This document shows positions 12,779 to 53,767 of a stretch of DNA of 64,000 nucleotides, piece after piece. A program made the position numbers and the translations under genes. The stretch lies in the NCBI RefSeq assembly GCF_009914755.1, contig NC_060936.1. The stretch is one strand, 5' to 3'. How positions within the stretch are numbered: the first letter of the stretch is position 1; the number at the start of each line of letters is the position of its first letter. Under the pieces are notes generated by a model. It was not told the DNA's origin. It saw nothing but the letters and a program-made list of their open reading frames with translations, and did no database searches. The DNA comes from the human T2T-CHM13v2.0 reference genome, Homo sapiens.

Positions 12779-13589
12779 CTTCACAAGGCATTGAGAGAAA
12801 GAAGGACAAGGAGTGAGCCTGACGTGAGTGGAGGGGTCACCACAGCAGTACATGACATCCCATCTGCAGCCTGAAGCGGGGACCCTCAGCCCCATGCTGC
12901 ATTGCTACATAGCCCAAGACCAATTGTTGGTCTTCCCTGGCCCATGAGGCAGCTTCCTGAATGCTACGGTGGTGAGGACAGGAGGCTGGGGAGCCCTGTG
13001 CCAGCTCTGGGAGGTAGGCCACCCCTTCTCACATCTAGCTGAAGAAGATACCCAGGTGAGTGTTAGCCCTCATTTCCTGGCCCTGTAAGGACTGTCACAT
13101 CATCAACAGAGGAGTCTGAAGCACACGTGTGTCAGGGAGGGCCGGAGCTAGAAATGATGGGAGCGGCTGTCCTTGGTTCATCCTGCCACTGAATCGCTGT
13201 TCATCCACCTCCAGGGTACTTTTGGATGCAGCTGCTGAAAGGGCAGGAGTTCCTGAAGGGCAAAGTCCTGGAAGCAACAGTCCCTGAAAATTGGACAGGT
13301 CTGTGCTGCACTACAGGATCACAGGGGCTCTCCAGGACAGCCAGCTTTTCTCTGCTATTCCCGGAGGTCTAAAGTCATGTGAGCAGCTTCAGTGAGCTTC
13401 TAAATGAATTTCCCGTGACCTGCAGCTTTTTGCCTTCTCTTGGTACCTTAGCCTACACACGTACTGGGGTACCCCACCAGGAAACTTCTTCACAGCCATA
13501 CAACGAGGAGAAGGGTTATTATTTAATATATGGTTAGTTAAAAGGAGCCTAGGAGTTGAGTGATGGATATAGGACCAGATCACTGGCTT

Positions 13590-15540
<1,951 letters not shown>

Positions 15541-17080
15541 AAAGGGAATTTAGTAGACTATCACACACAGAATTTTTTAAAGGACCAATACAAAAACATT
15601 CAAAGCAGCACTGTTTATGAAAAATGAAAACCCAGACAATTTGACAATGGCCAAAACCAGAAGCAGGTGCGTGACTCTATGTCAATAAAAGACATAGGTA
15701 CATGAAATTACGTGGTGGTGTCATACTACTTAGTCTACCCTCAGCGGCCACAACAATGAAAATATGCATGTGTGACAAAGACTGGATAGTAATTTAGAGT
15801 GACACAAACCAATAGATTCTGTTTTCATCCTGGAAAAGTTTCCTGTTACTCAGTTTTGTTTTAAAAACAGGAAACCCTTCTTAATACCGCACACCTAGGA
15901 AGTTTCCACCGCTCTAAGCTGGCAGCTTAGGTGGTGCCATCAAAATACCTCCCTTACCTGCTTGATGGTGACTAAAATTCCTTTATAGAGGAGGAGGCGT
16001 TTGTGAAAGGCTTAGACACACAAACCCCTGGAAGAAGATGCACACTACACAAACACTCACGAAAACCATTGATTTAAGATCCATTTCTGAGAGCGAATTT
16101 GGATAAGGAGCAGAATTAAGGCACCAGAGGAAATGAGATATGAAGATGGATAAATGGGTGAAAAGCGAAGTGAGGGCATGATGAATAAACCTGAGAAACC
16201 TCCCCTGTTTTCTGAAAAGGGGCTCCACTGCACAATGGCTATGCTGAATGGAAGGAGTGGCAGAGATGCAGGGTCCTTGTCTTCCCTGCCTGGTCCCCAG
16301 GGCACTGCCCCTTGGGAACAGGTGATGACCCATCCTGGCCTCAACATAGAAGCAGAGCATTTCCAGGCTAGGGAAAAATGGTCATGTCTCTTGTCATTCC
16401 TTTATCCAAAAAGAAAAGAAAATGACTAAGGTTACTAGGGTTCCAAAGAATTTGCATACTGATGTGAAGGTAGAGCAAGTAATGTGTGGCCATGCAGTTT
16501 CTTGTTAAGGAGCTGTTGCTTTTCGGAAGTTTGCGTGTTCTCATGTGCTCTCTTCTTGCCTCCTCTTCTTGGCCCACCCCCACCAGTCCAGATCTCCAGT
16601 CAAGGGAAGGGGGAATATACAGCAGAAGTCAAGGGGAAATGAATTGGGGTGTTCTGGGGAAACTGAAAAAGGAGGCCCAAGGCTTCCTGCAGAAGGAGAT
16701 GACTACTCTGCAAGGTGTTAATGAGGAAGACTGATGAGAGGGTGCCCCAAGGCCAGGGAGCAGTGCCTGATCTCCCACAGCTCAGCGGGTTCAACTCCCA
16801 GGTGCAACCCCCTAAGCGGAGCGCTACCAGTCTCTTCCCACCTCACCCTGATCCATCCTAGTTTAGGCCTGGAAGTGACACAGACTAGAACTAAAGCTCC
16901 AGAAACAAAGAGTGTAGAGTAGCCCTCGCAGCTGACCAGAGGCACAGGCTGTCCAGTGGGCAGGCAGACAAGACCCTAAAACCACCTGAGCCCCAGGGAT
17001 TCATGCTGGCTCCCCAGGGACCACAGGAGGGACCTGGCACTCAGGTGGAGCAGTACCAGGTGGGGGTGATGGCCTCGTAC

Positions 17081-17276
17081 CAGTTGCCTCTGCAGAGGAG
17101 CCCAGGTTGTCTGGCCCAGCTTCACCAGCAGCTTGACTGGCTTCAGCAGGGTCTCCGCTCTGGGAGCCCTCGGCGGCCACACCCTCCAGTCCTTTGCTCT
17201 CTTCCTCAGCAGGGAGTTGGGCATCCACTCCGACTTCCAGCACTCGGATGGTCTCATGACCTGACATCACGATGAC
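17081..17276 (-). CDS. POU6F1: POU6F1 coding exon (long isoform, acidic)
   Basis: VIVMSGHETIRVLEVGVDAQLPAEEESKGLEGVAAEGSQSGDPAEASQAAGEAGPDNLGSSAEAT; ttgcag|GTC ... ACTG|gtacga. Confidence 0.9.
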
Positions 17277-17942
17277 CTGCAAGCAGAGGACAGGGGCACT
17301 GTTGGGATAGGGGCCAGTATAGCCGCAGGGTCCAAAGCTCTGGGTATGGTTTGGGGAGAGAGGGGAGGGCACCTCTGGATGCAGACCTCCTGTCCAGAGG
17401 GCTGTGTGCTCTGTGAGAATTCCAGAGCCTGGCGCAGGTTGCAGCTCCCTGATTCCAGGGAAGGAGCTGCTGGAAGAAAGCAGGCCCTGGTGACAGGGAG
17501 AAGGGCCTGACGCAAGCTAGAAAAATGTCCCCCAGAGCCAAACCATTTGGGAGCTAATTTCTCTTTGTTCCATCTCTTGGACTCAGTGCAGGGAGCGGCG
17601 GATGGCCTATCCTACAACTTGCAAGGATGTCCTCTTGGCAGCTAGGATCTTCGAACGTGGGTATGAGGGCTCCTAACATGGTATCCACAGCTTAAGTCGG
17701 GCCAGGAACCAAATCCCTCTTCACTTCCCTTGAAACCATCTGAAAGTTCCCCAAAGATAAAGGGATGGAAAATGAATGCTCCACAATGCTGAGTAACTTC
17801 TATCGCCCATGATTCCTTTATTTCGAAAACTCTGGAGTAAAGGCTCAGGATTTCCCTGCAAGCTAAATTCCTGAAACAAGGGTCAAGAATCCTGAAGATG
17901 CATCCTCTCCCTCTCTGCCTGGCACCGCTCCTGGACTGCAGC

Positions 17943-18246
17943 TTTTTTTTTTTTTTTTTTTTTGAGACAGAGTCTCGCTCTGTCACCCAGGCTGGAATGC
18001 AGTGGCGCAATCTCGGCTCACTGCCAGCTCCACCCCCCCGGGTTCACGCCATTCTCCTGCCTCAGCCTCCCGAGTAGCTGGGACTACAGGTGCCCACCAC
18101 CACGCCCGGCTAATTTTTTTGTATTTTTAGTAGAGATGGGGTTTCACTGTGTTGGCCAGGATGGTCTCGATCTCCTGATCTCGTGATCCGCCCACCTCGG
18201 CCTCCCAAAGTGCTGGGATTACAGGTGTGAGCCACCACGCCCGGCC
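17943..18246 (-). mobile_element. AluY-like element with intact target-site duplication
   Basis: gggttcacgccattctc and aggatggtctcgatctc diagnostics; TSD gactgcagcttttt at 17934 and 18248. Confidence 0.9.
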
Positions 18247-18591
18247 TGACTGCAGCTTTTTATCCTGTGGCCCTGTGGCTCCAGTCCTGCCACCTGCTGT
18301 GGGCATGCTCAGACTTCAAGGGCAATCTCCATGCATGAGCGATGCAGGCGGACCCTGAGCCTCCTCAGAACACTCAGTCTCCCTCCCCTGCCCAGACGAC
18401 ACACACTAGCTCTTCATCACCAGCACGGAAACCCTGCCAATTGGGCCATTCAAGAATCAGAGACAAAGTCTGTAAATTAAACAGCTTTGTGTCAGGCCTC
18501 TGTGCATTTGGCCTGTGCCTGAAATCACTCTCACAACACACTCTTTGAGCCTGAAAGTGGATCCAGTCGGAGGCTGTGCTGGAAAAAGTGA

Positions 18592-21210
<2,619 letters not shown>

Positions 21211-21450
21211 AAAGAGAGAGAGAGAGAGACAGAGAATCAGGCAAATAGCTTTAGACACTTTTAAAGGAAAAAAAGCAATTGACATTTATTTCGAGTGCAT
21301 ATTGTATGCTAGACATTTTATATAACACAATTGCTTGCTGTATTACTCATGCCAACCCTGGGGGCGTGGGGAATGGGAGGCATTATTATCCGCATGTTAC
21401 AGATGGTGAAACAAAGCCCAGAGGGGTGTTCTGGATTCACCTTTCCTTTC

Positions 21451-22037
21451 TGCTATGGTCTGAATGTGTCCTTCCCCGCAAATTCATGTGTTGAAATGCT
21501 AATCCCCAAGGTGGATAGTATTAAGAGATAGGGCCTCTGGAAGGTAATTAGGAATGGGATTAGTGCCCATATAAAAAAGAACCAAGGCTCATGCCTGTAA
21601 TCCCAGGACTTAGGCAGGTGGACTGCTTGAGCCCAGGAGTTCGAGACTAGCCTGGACAACATGGTGAAACCCCGTCTCTACAAAAAGTACAAAAAGTAGC
21701 TGAGCGTAGTGGTGCATACCTGTAGTCCCAGCTACTCAGGAGATTGAGGCAGGAGGATCACTTGAGCCCAGGAGGTTGAGGCTGTGGTGAGCAGTGATTT
21801 CGCCACTGCACTCCAGCCTGGGCAACAGAGAGACCCCAGTGTGAGAGAGATACTTTCACCCTTTCGACTATGTGAGGACACAGCAATAAGGCTCTGTCAG
21901 TGAGGAAGTGGGTCCTCACCAGACAACACCACCTTGATCTTGGACTTCCCACCTTCAGTACTATGAGAAATAAATCTCTGTTGTTTAAAAGCTACCCAGT
22001 TTATGGTATTTTGTTATAGCAGCCCAAACAGACTACG
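21451..22037 (+). mobile_element. MaLR LTR (MST/MLT1A-like) interrupted by an Alu (21586-21835)
   Basis: Begins tgctatggtctgaatgtgtc..., ends ggtattttgttatagcagcccaaacagacta, typical MaLR termini. Confidence 0.7.
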
Positions 22038-22039
22038 AT

Positions 22040-22575
22040 AAATTCACATCCCATACAATTAACCATTTTAGCCACTTTAAAGTGCTCCGTACAGTGGAAT
22101 CTGGTGGGTTCACACTTGTGCCACCATCACCACTGTCTAGTCCCAGAACATTTTCATCAACCCAAAAGGAAACTCCATATCCACTAACAGTCATTCACCT
22201 TCCACTGCCACCGCCCAAGCCCTGGCAACTACTGATGTGCTTTCTCTATGGGGTTCCCTATTCTGGATATTTCATGTAAATGGAATGATAGAATATGTCG
22301 CTTTGTGTGTCTAGCTTCTTTTACTTGGCATGTTTCCAAGGTTCATCCACATTGTAGCATGTGTCAGAACTTCATTCCTTTTCATGGCTGAATAGTATTC
22401 TATTGTATGGATACACTATATTTTGTTTATCCATTCATTAGTTGGTGGACATTTGGGTTGTTCTACCTTTTGGCTATTGCAAATAGTGTATTATGACTAT
22501 TGGGTATAATTTTTTTTGAACACCTGCTTCCAATTCTTTGGGTATATACCTAGGAATGGAATTGCTGGATCACCC
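22040..22575 (-). mobile_element. Old L1 (L1M) 3' fragment
   Basis: ttcatccacattgtagcatg...tttatccattcat...ggacatttgggttgtt...gggtatatacctaggaatggaattgctggatca. Confidence 0.75.
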
Positions 22576-22867
22576 CTGGGGTTTTAGCATCTTCATTGCT
22601 TGGCAGAATGTTCCCTGATCAACCAGGTAAGGAGAACCATGAGGTTCTTTCCCTCCTCTTCCTTCCTTAACCCCTCTAGAGTGGGATTCAAGAGAGGGCA
22701 AGCAATTCCAGGTACCTAACAATTTGAAAAAAGAGGAAATGAGCCTTCCCCTTTCAGGTAGGATGAGGGGGTGCAGGAGGGGCAGAGGAATTTGCTGAAA
22801 GAACTGGTGAGCATCTAACTACCTCAATGGGGCTCTAGCCTCCTTCTTAGGTGATGTCTCCCCTCAG

Positions 22868-29105
<6,238 letters not shown>

Positions 29106-29979
29106 GAAAATGTAAAAGATTACTCTGATAATTTTATGGTGAGTAAATCTTGGGGACAAGAATATGAGCTTATCCCAAGTTCCTTCAAAATGCAGAAAAA
29201 CCTTACAGGAGCAAATTTTTTCTGAGTCACTTTTCTTAACTGCCAGCTAGTACTTCCAGGAACAAAACAGAATAAATGGCTACATACACACACACTGACA
29301 CACAATCACTCTATGGTATTACCTTGTTAGTTTTAATGTTTAGCATCTACTTGTCCACCCCCAGAATAAAAACTCCATGATAGAAGTTTTGTCTGAATTG
29401 TTCAGAGCATGGCACTGAGTGGGTATTTTTGTTGAACTAATGAAGAAATGAAGTTCTACAGCAGATAAGCGGAGTACCAGGTCACAGAAGCATCACTTTG
29501 AGGACCAGGACTTGAATGAAAATGGAATATATGGAATTATTCCTCAGAAGGCCTCTGCCAGTCAATGGTGGCTGCCTTAGATTGCTAAATAAGGGGCATG
29601 GGATACATGTATATGAACAATTGAAGACCAGCCCTCTACTTTTGGAACAAGGAATTTGGGAAGGGCAGATGAGGTTAAAAATCTCTGCAAAGAGCCTCTT
29701 TTCTTTGGCCCAGGAATGCTTCCCGAACTCTTCTGATTTCCCCCTGCCCAGCCGCAGAGGCTATTCTGTGAAGGTTTTAGGCTTCCAGTCGGGCTGAGTG
29801 GGGTATTCTGCCGCGAAAGTGGAGGTTAGAGGGTATGCTGGGAGCTCCCTTGGCCTTGCCAGGTGAGCCTGCCCAGGGAGCCTGCATCGGGCCCATTATT
29901 ATGACTATTTATTAATAATAATATCGATATTAAATATTTATGAAGTGCTCATGCTCTGCTAGAAGGTGGCCCTCCCATC

Positions 29980-31300
29980 ACTGACCCACCCTTCCAGCAA
30001 CGCCTGGGTCCCTACCCCCGGGTCCCACCGGTCGTCCCGGAGTTTGTTCATTCGGGAGAACCGTGACAGGTCACCCTGGCCGCCCCAGCTGGCCCTAACC
30101 GCCGGGAACCCAGGCGTCCGTGTTCTCCAGAGAGGCAAGGATCCGCTTCTGGTCGCCACTGGTTCTGTGTACAGAGCGTCCCCTGTGGTCCGCACCCCAC
30201 AAGGGCTCCAGGGGCAGAAACGGGGAGGGGCCAGGTCGGGGTTCCCCACCGGGTCCACCTGGCGGCCGCCCCCTCCGCTCCAGGTCCAGAGCGGCCCGCG
30301 GGCGGGCGAGGGCGCGGCCCCCGGGTGTCTAGCCCCAGCTGGGCAACCGCGCGCTGTCCCGCTCCCGCAGCTCCCCGCCGCCCCGGCCCAGCATCCCGCC
30401 GCCCCGGCCCCGCGGCTTTTTTTCTCTTTATCATAAATATATAAATTATGCTAATTACGGGCATTGCATATTAACCAAACCCGAAACCTCCCCTGCCCGG
30501 CCCCCTCCCCCTCCGTGCAAACCCCTCCCCGCCCCGGACCCCGCTACTTACCGGAGCCCGAGCCCGAGCCGCCTTCGCCGCGGGTGTCTGGCGGCCACCG
30601 ATTAGAGATTCATCTCACAGCCCGGGCCAGGGGGCCGGGGCCGGGGCCGGGGCCACGGCGGCCGCCGCCCGCAGACAAAGAAGCCAGTGCGGCTTGGCTG
30701 GGCTCGGCTCGGCCCGGGAGCTGGTCGGGACCCGCCGCCGCCCCCAGGCCCCCAGCCTGGGCTGGGCAGAGCCGAAGGGGGCTCCGCAGGCTAAGCCGGG
30801 CGGAGAGGGGACGGCCGGGAAGCGGGAAGGGGAAGCCGGGTGGGGGGGCGGTCAGGTATATATTTTTCTTCGTTCCCCCTTCCACGACCCCCCCCTTTTC
30901 CCTCCCCCCCTTTTTTCCCTCCTTCTGCTACTTGGATTTTTTTAGCTGCTGCGTCATGAGCATAATTTATGCAAAGAGCTTTGCCGCATGCTGCACCGCC
31001 CGCGCCAGCCGCCGGGGGCGGCGGGCTGGGAGGGCGGTCAGGGAAGGGAGGGGAGCACGGGAGCCAGGAGCGAGGGGTGGGGGTGGGGAGGGGACCCTCT
31101 GGCCCTGGCCGAGCGGGAGGTCCCGGAGGCTCTCTCCCGGGACAGGTATGGACGGTCAGTGGGTCTGGTTACTCAGCCCCTCCGAGCGTGCCGCGGAGGT
31201 GGTTTCATTTCGTAAGGTGCCAGAGTAGGAGCTGGAGTCCGGACCCTCCATGCCACATGGCCTTCAGCTGAGGGTTGGGGCGGTGACTCCCGGCCACCGC
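29980..31300. promoter_or_regulatory. POU6F1: CpG island / POU6F1 promoter and non-coding exon 1 (3' end at 30552)
   Basis: Very high GC and CpG density, GC boxes, consensus donor gtaagt at 30551-30546 on the minus strand. Confidence 0.88.
30631..30654 (+). repeat. (GGGGCC)4 hexanucleotide repeat in the POU6F1 exon 1 region
   Basis: Four exact copies starting at 30631, 30637, 30643, 30649. Confidence 0.92.
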
Positions 31301-32749
31301 CTTTCCTCTAGGTAGTCAACTGTCCTCAATGTTGAAAGTCAAGTTTATGTCTATCCCTCCCTCCCTAGAAAGGCGGGGGAACTCAGACATCGCTCAGCCA
31401 ACGTGGAGAACCTCTGAACAGCTGTGCCCCAGCGCCAAAGCAGCGAAGGGTCCCAGGTCTCTCACCCGGTGGCGGCCGTGGGCTGTGTTGTCTAAAAGCA
31501 GATTTCCGGCCTTCTTGTCCAAGTAGACAAGGAAATGTGAACAGAAAGACAAAGTTCAGTGGAATGGTGAAAAACCTCTAGCAGCTTCTTAAGGTAGAGA
31601 GGGGACCAGAAAAGGGGTGGATGTGGGCGGCTGAGGGAAAGCAGATTGGAGAAGTGGTGGACAACTGAAAGAGGGAAAAGTTGGAAGACCAAAGTGGAAG
31701 CGTGGGAATGGAGAGAAGAACTGGGAAGGAAGGAGGCTCTGTAAATCCAGTGAATGTGGATCCCAATACTGAGGCCACCTGCTGTCATCCTAGGCTGTTC
31801 CCCCTCCCACCCTCTCCCGATATTTGGTGGTCTGAGGATAGCTAGAGGTAGATGGGTTAGAGGCAGTGTGAGAATGCAGTTGGAGGCCTCAGTCCTCCCC
31901 GGGACTGCTCCGTAAGGCCTCGTGGTGGAAGGGCATTGAATGGCCCGGCCTCGTCGTTAACCTGGCCAGTGGACTAGGCTGTTATCAGCTTGCTGTTTCC
32001 ATCTGGAAGTGAGCAGGTACTGCTGGCGGCGGATTTATGAGTAACCAATGTATTAGGAGTCAGAATACTTAGGTTTTAGTCCCAACTCTTCCACTAGCCG
32101 TCCAGGCAAGTAATTTAACTTCTTCATTACTTATAAAACAAGGATAATATTTATAATGACATTTATAATGACTACTTCATAGGGTTAAGTTTGTGAGCCT
32201 GTATGTGAAAAAACTGAAAGCTGCAAGCTCTATACAACTGTAAGGTGTCATTCCTTGTACAATAGTTTGAACTCGTTTTAATGGCCCTGTGAAACTCTAC
32301 TGCGTGGCTTGATATTACAGTTCTTGGGGTTTTTGTTTGGCCGGTAGTCCCTGTAGTTTCTCTCCCTGGACTGTGAATTCTTTGAGAGCACTGGTTGTGA
32401 CTTACTCATGTTTGTATTTCCCACTACTCTTTATGTGAAGGAGGGGCTCAGTATTGCTGCTGAACTTTGTCACATGAAGGTTGAAACTTTTCATTTATGT
32501 CACTTGGTTTGGTGCTACACATAGATCAAAGGCTTTGGATAGCATGGATATCAGCGACAGTTTGAAGAAAGAAATATGGATGTGATCAGAGGAGTTCAGG
32601 GAGACATACATAAAAATGTTAATCACGGTTTTCTTTATGTTGTATACACTTCTGCATTGCTTAAATATTTGATGAGCATATATTACTTTTTGTTTCTGTG
32701 TTTATTGGGGCATAACATGTACACAGTATGTGTATACCTTGATAAATTT

Positions 32750-33138
32750 TTACATGTATATACATATGTACGTGTATGTATGTGTGTATACATATGTACG
32801 TGTATGTATGTGTGTATACATATGTACGTGTATGTATGTGTGTATACATATGTACGTGTATGTATGTGTGTGTATACATATGTACGTGTATGTATGTGTG
32901 TATACATATGTGCGTGTATGTGTGTATACATATGTACGTGTATATGTGTGTATACATATGTACGTGTATATGTGTGTATACATATGTACGTGTATATGTG
33001 TGTGTACATATGTACGTGTATGTGTGTGTATACATATGTACGTGTGTGTGTATACATATATACACGTGTATAGATACGTGTATACATATATACATGTCTA
33101 TATATACATGTATATACTCACACACATATATATATCCA
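32750..33138. repeat. Compound purine-pyrimidine minisatellite, ~26-30 bp unit TATACATATGTACGTGTATGTATGTGTG
   Basis: Direct inspection; produces the spurious YVCMH-rich ORFs. Confidence 0.95.
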
Positions 33139-33139
33139 T

Positions 33140-50965
<17,826 letters not shown>

Positions 50966-51549
50966 TAATCGCTGCCCTAAAGGATGCCATCTTTGCCCTT
51001 AAGGATAATTAGGTTAGAAAGAGAAGCCATACATAGAGAAAAATAGAGGTACCATACAGGTCACCTGCAACAGGTGCTAAAAAAAGGAAAGGGCCACAAA
51101 CACTCCATGGGTAGTGCAGTTATGTCAGTTTCAGTGCCAGGTGTTGCGTACAGCACGGAAAACATAACCCCTTCCTGTACGTGAGAAAGGCAACGACTGT
51201 CCTGGGGAAGACAGGGCAGCGAAGATTCCAGTGCAGGTCTCATTCAGGAAAGGATACATGTGAGCTGGAGTGGCAAAATAAATTTTAACAGAGCTGAAGC
51301 TTAAGTTGGGCTTGGTGGGGAGGGACGCATGATAAACTAAGGTGTGGGGAGCCGATTTCAGGCAGTGCGACAAATCTGCAGAAATCTAAGCCCCTCGTGG
51401 AAGGTTGCCAAGGTGAGGTGACCTTGAGTGAATGCGTGTAGGTGGAAAAAGGTTCCGGGGAATGCTTGCATCGTTCTGCATCCGAGCGTCCAACAGAGAA
51501 AAGATCCTGTTTCCAGACAATACCTGCATTTGGTTTTTCTCCAGCTGAG

Positions 51550-52230
51550 GGACACCGGTAGGGGGGTGGAGGACAGAAACGAGCAGGGGGTGGGGCCAAG
51601 GCGAGTGGGCGGGACCGCACGGACCCTCCCGCGGCCGACTGGAGGCCCGGAGCAGGGGCGGAGTTTCCGGCGGCAGCGCCACTCGGGCGTCGGGTGACGC
51701 TAGGCGGACGGACCATCATGTGACACGGAAGTAGCTCCGAACAGGAAGAGGACGAAAAAAATAACCGTCCGCGACGCCGAGACAAACCGGACCCGCAACC
51801 ACCATGAACAGCAAAGGCAAGGACCGAGGGTGGCAGAGGCCGTCGGGGGGAGTACTGCTGGCCCAGAGCGAGCGGATTCGGAGCCCAGGGTCACCAAACG
51901 CCAGGTTTGGGGTGGGCTGCGCCATGCTCCTTGGCCGGCTGCAGTCCAGGGCGCTGCGCCTGACGCCTTCGTCATACCCAAATTACGGCAGCTTGCTGCC
52001 TCCAGGCCCTTTCCTCCGTAAACTCTGTGGCGCAGTTTGGAGCTGCGGGCTCGGGTGGTGGGGGGGCTTGACATGATGGGCATCCGCAGGAGCAAATAGA
52101 GCGCTAGCGCAGGCATTCGCGTAGGCCAATGGAGAGCCGGCGGAGGCGGGGCGCCGCGCTCCGGAACCCCCAGCGGGGCCGAACTTAACTACTGAATTGC
52201 TGGAGTTGGTTCGTGGGCCGGGGCCTGTGA
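51550..52230. promoter_or_regulatory. DAZAP2: CpG island / DAZAP2 promoter
   Basis: CpG-dense; GC box ggggcggag 51655-51663; TCATGTGAC E/M-box 51716-51724; ETS-type ACGGAAGT 51725-51732, just upstream of the ATG. Confidence 0.88.
51804..51816 (+). CDS. DAZAP2: DAZAP2 exon 1 coding part (MNSK-G); GC donor
   Basis: accaccATGAACAGCAAAG|gcaagg; joins exon 2 in frame to give MNSKGQYPTQ. Confidence 0.9.
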
Positions 52231-52393
52231 GGTCTCTTTTCCTTCCCTTCGCACCCCCTCGCCCTTCGCTGACGGGATCAGAACTTCTCCCCTTTTCTGT
52301 GGTTGTACCAGTGTGTCTGTCGGAACATGATTCCCATAACGCAGGAATAGGTTGAGGGGGTAAAAAAGGAATAGAAAAAAAAAAAAAAAAAAA

Positions 52394-52739
<346 letters not shown>

Positions 52740-53239
52740 TCAGCCCTGCACCCTTTTCCCAGTCTCACGGTTCACTTCCATCATTCACACCCTTTGTTTG
52801 GAAGTCGACCTTGAATAGTAATCTGTAAGGAAAATCAGAACTGCTGTTACCCACGAAGTCTGGGCTGGTTGTAGACAGGCTGTGGAGACTACCTAGAGCA
52901 GAGGCACCCTTGATAAGCCAGAACAGCAGCAGGCCAGAACCCCAGACCTGTCCTGCATTCCGGAGGGAACTTGGGCCCAGGTAGACTTAACCCCTTACTT
53001 CGGTATGTTAGTAGGAGCAGTGAGCAGTGCCTTTCTTGTCTCGTTAGAATCCAGCACCTTCCATTTTAAGGGTGCAAAGACAATGCATATTTTCTTAGTT
53101 CCAGGAATCAGGCCCTCTGGGGCAGACTATTTGCAAATCCCCTTCTGCTTGCTCCCACTAAGTTAGCTACCCGATATGACCTGCCTCATTTTGGTAGCTC
53201 TGTGTAGTAGGCAACCTTCATTTTTTTCTTGTCTTTCAG

Positions 53240-53358
53240 GTCAATATCCAACACAGCCAACCTACCCTGTGCAGCCTCCTGGGAATCCAGTATACCCTCA
53301 GACCTTGCATCTTCCTCAGGCTCCACCCTATACCGATGCTCCACCTGCCTACTCAGAG
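53240..53358 (+). CDS. DAZAP2: DAZAP2 exon 2 (proline-rich, PPAY motif)
   Basis: ctttcag|GT CAA TAT...; QYPTQPTYPVQPPGNPVYPQTLHLPQAPPYTDAPPAYSE|gtgctt. Confidence 0.96.
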
Positions 53359-53767
53359 GTGCTTCCAGTTTGCCAGATTTGAACTAGCTGGGAATACTCT
53401 TAGGGTGGTCCTTTAGTCCTTAGCTAAATCTGACTTCACATATTTACTCTTCACAAATGCTAACATGAATAATCTAAAACACTATATAATTTGGCAATTT
53501 TTGTCGGAGTTGAAAGTGCATTATTTGATGATTTTGTGTTATTTGGCACAGGCTAAGGTGCAGAAGATGAATTTGCGTTCTGTGAGCCCAACATTAGCTA
53601 TAGCAGAAAGTGATCCAGGAGAATATTGAAGGCCAGTGGAAAGGCAACTTGTATAATCTTACAAAAAGTATAACCTGCATAAGGAGAATTAAGAATTAGC
53701 TCATTAAAGAGATCTCAAATAGGAATGTCATAAAGTAACATTTTGCCTTCTCTTCTGCCTCTTCTAG

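Noticed and set aside
30464-31228. 254-aa ORF and neighbours in the CpG island
   Set aside because: Non-ATG start; stop-poor GC-rich sequence giving low-complexity Gly/Arg/Pro translation
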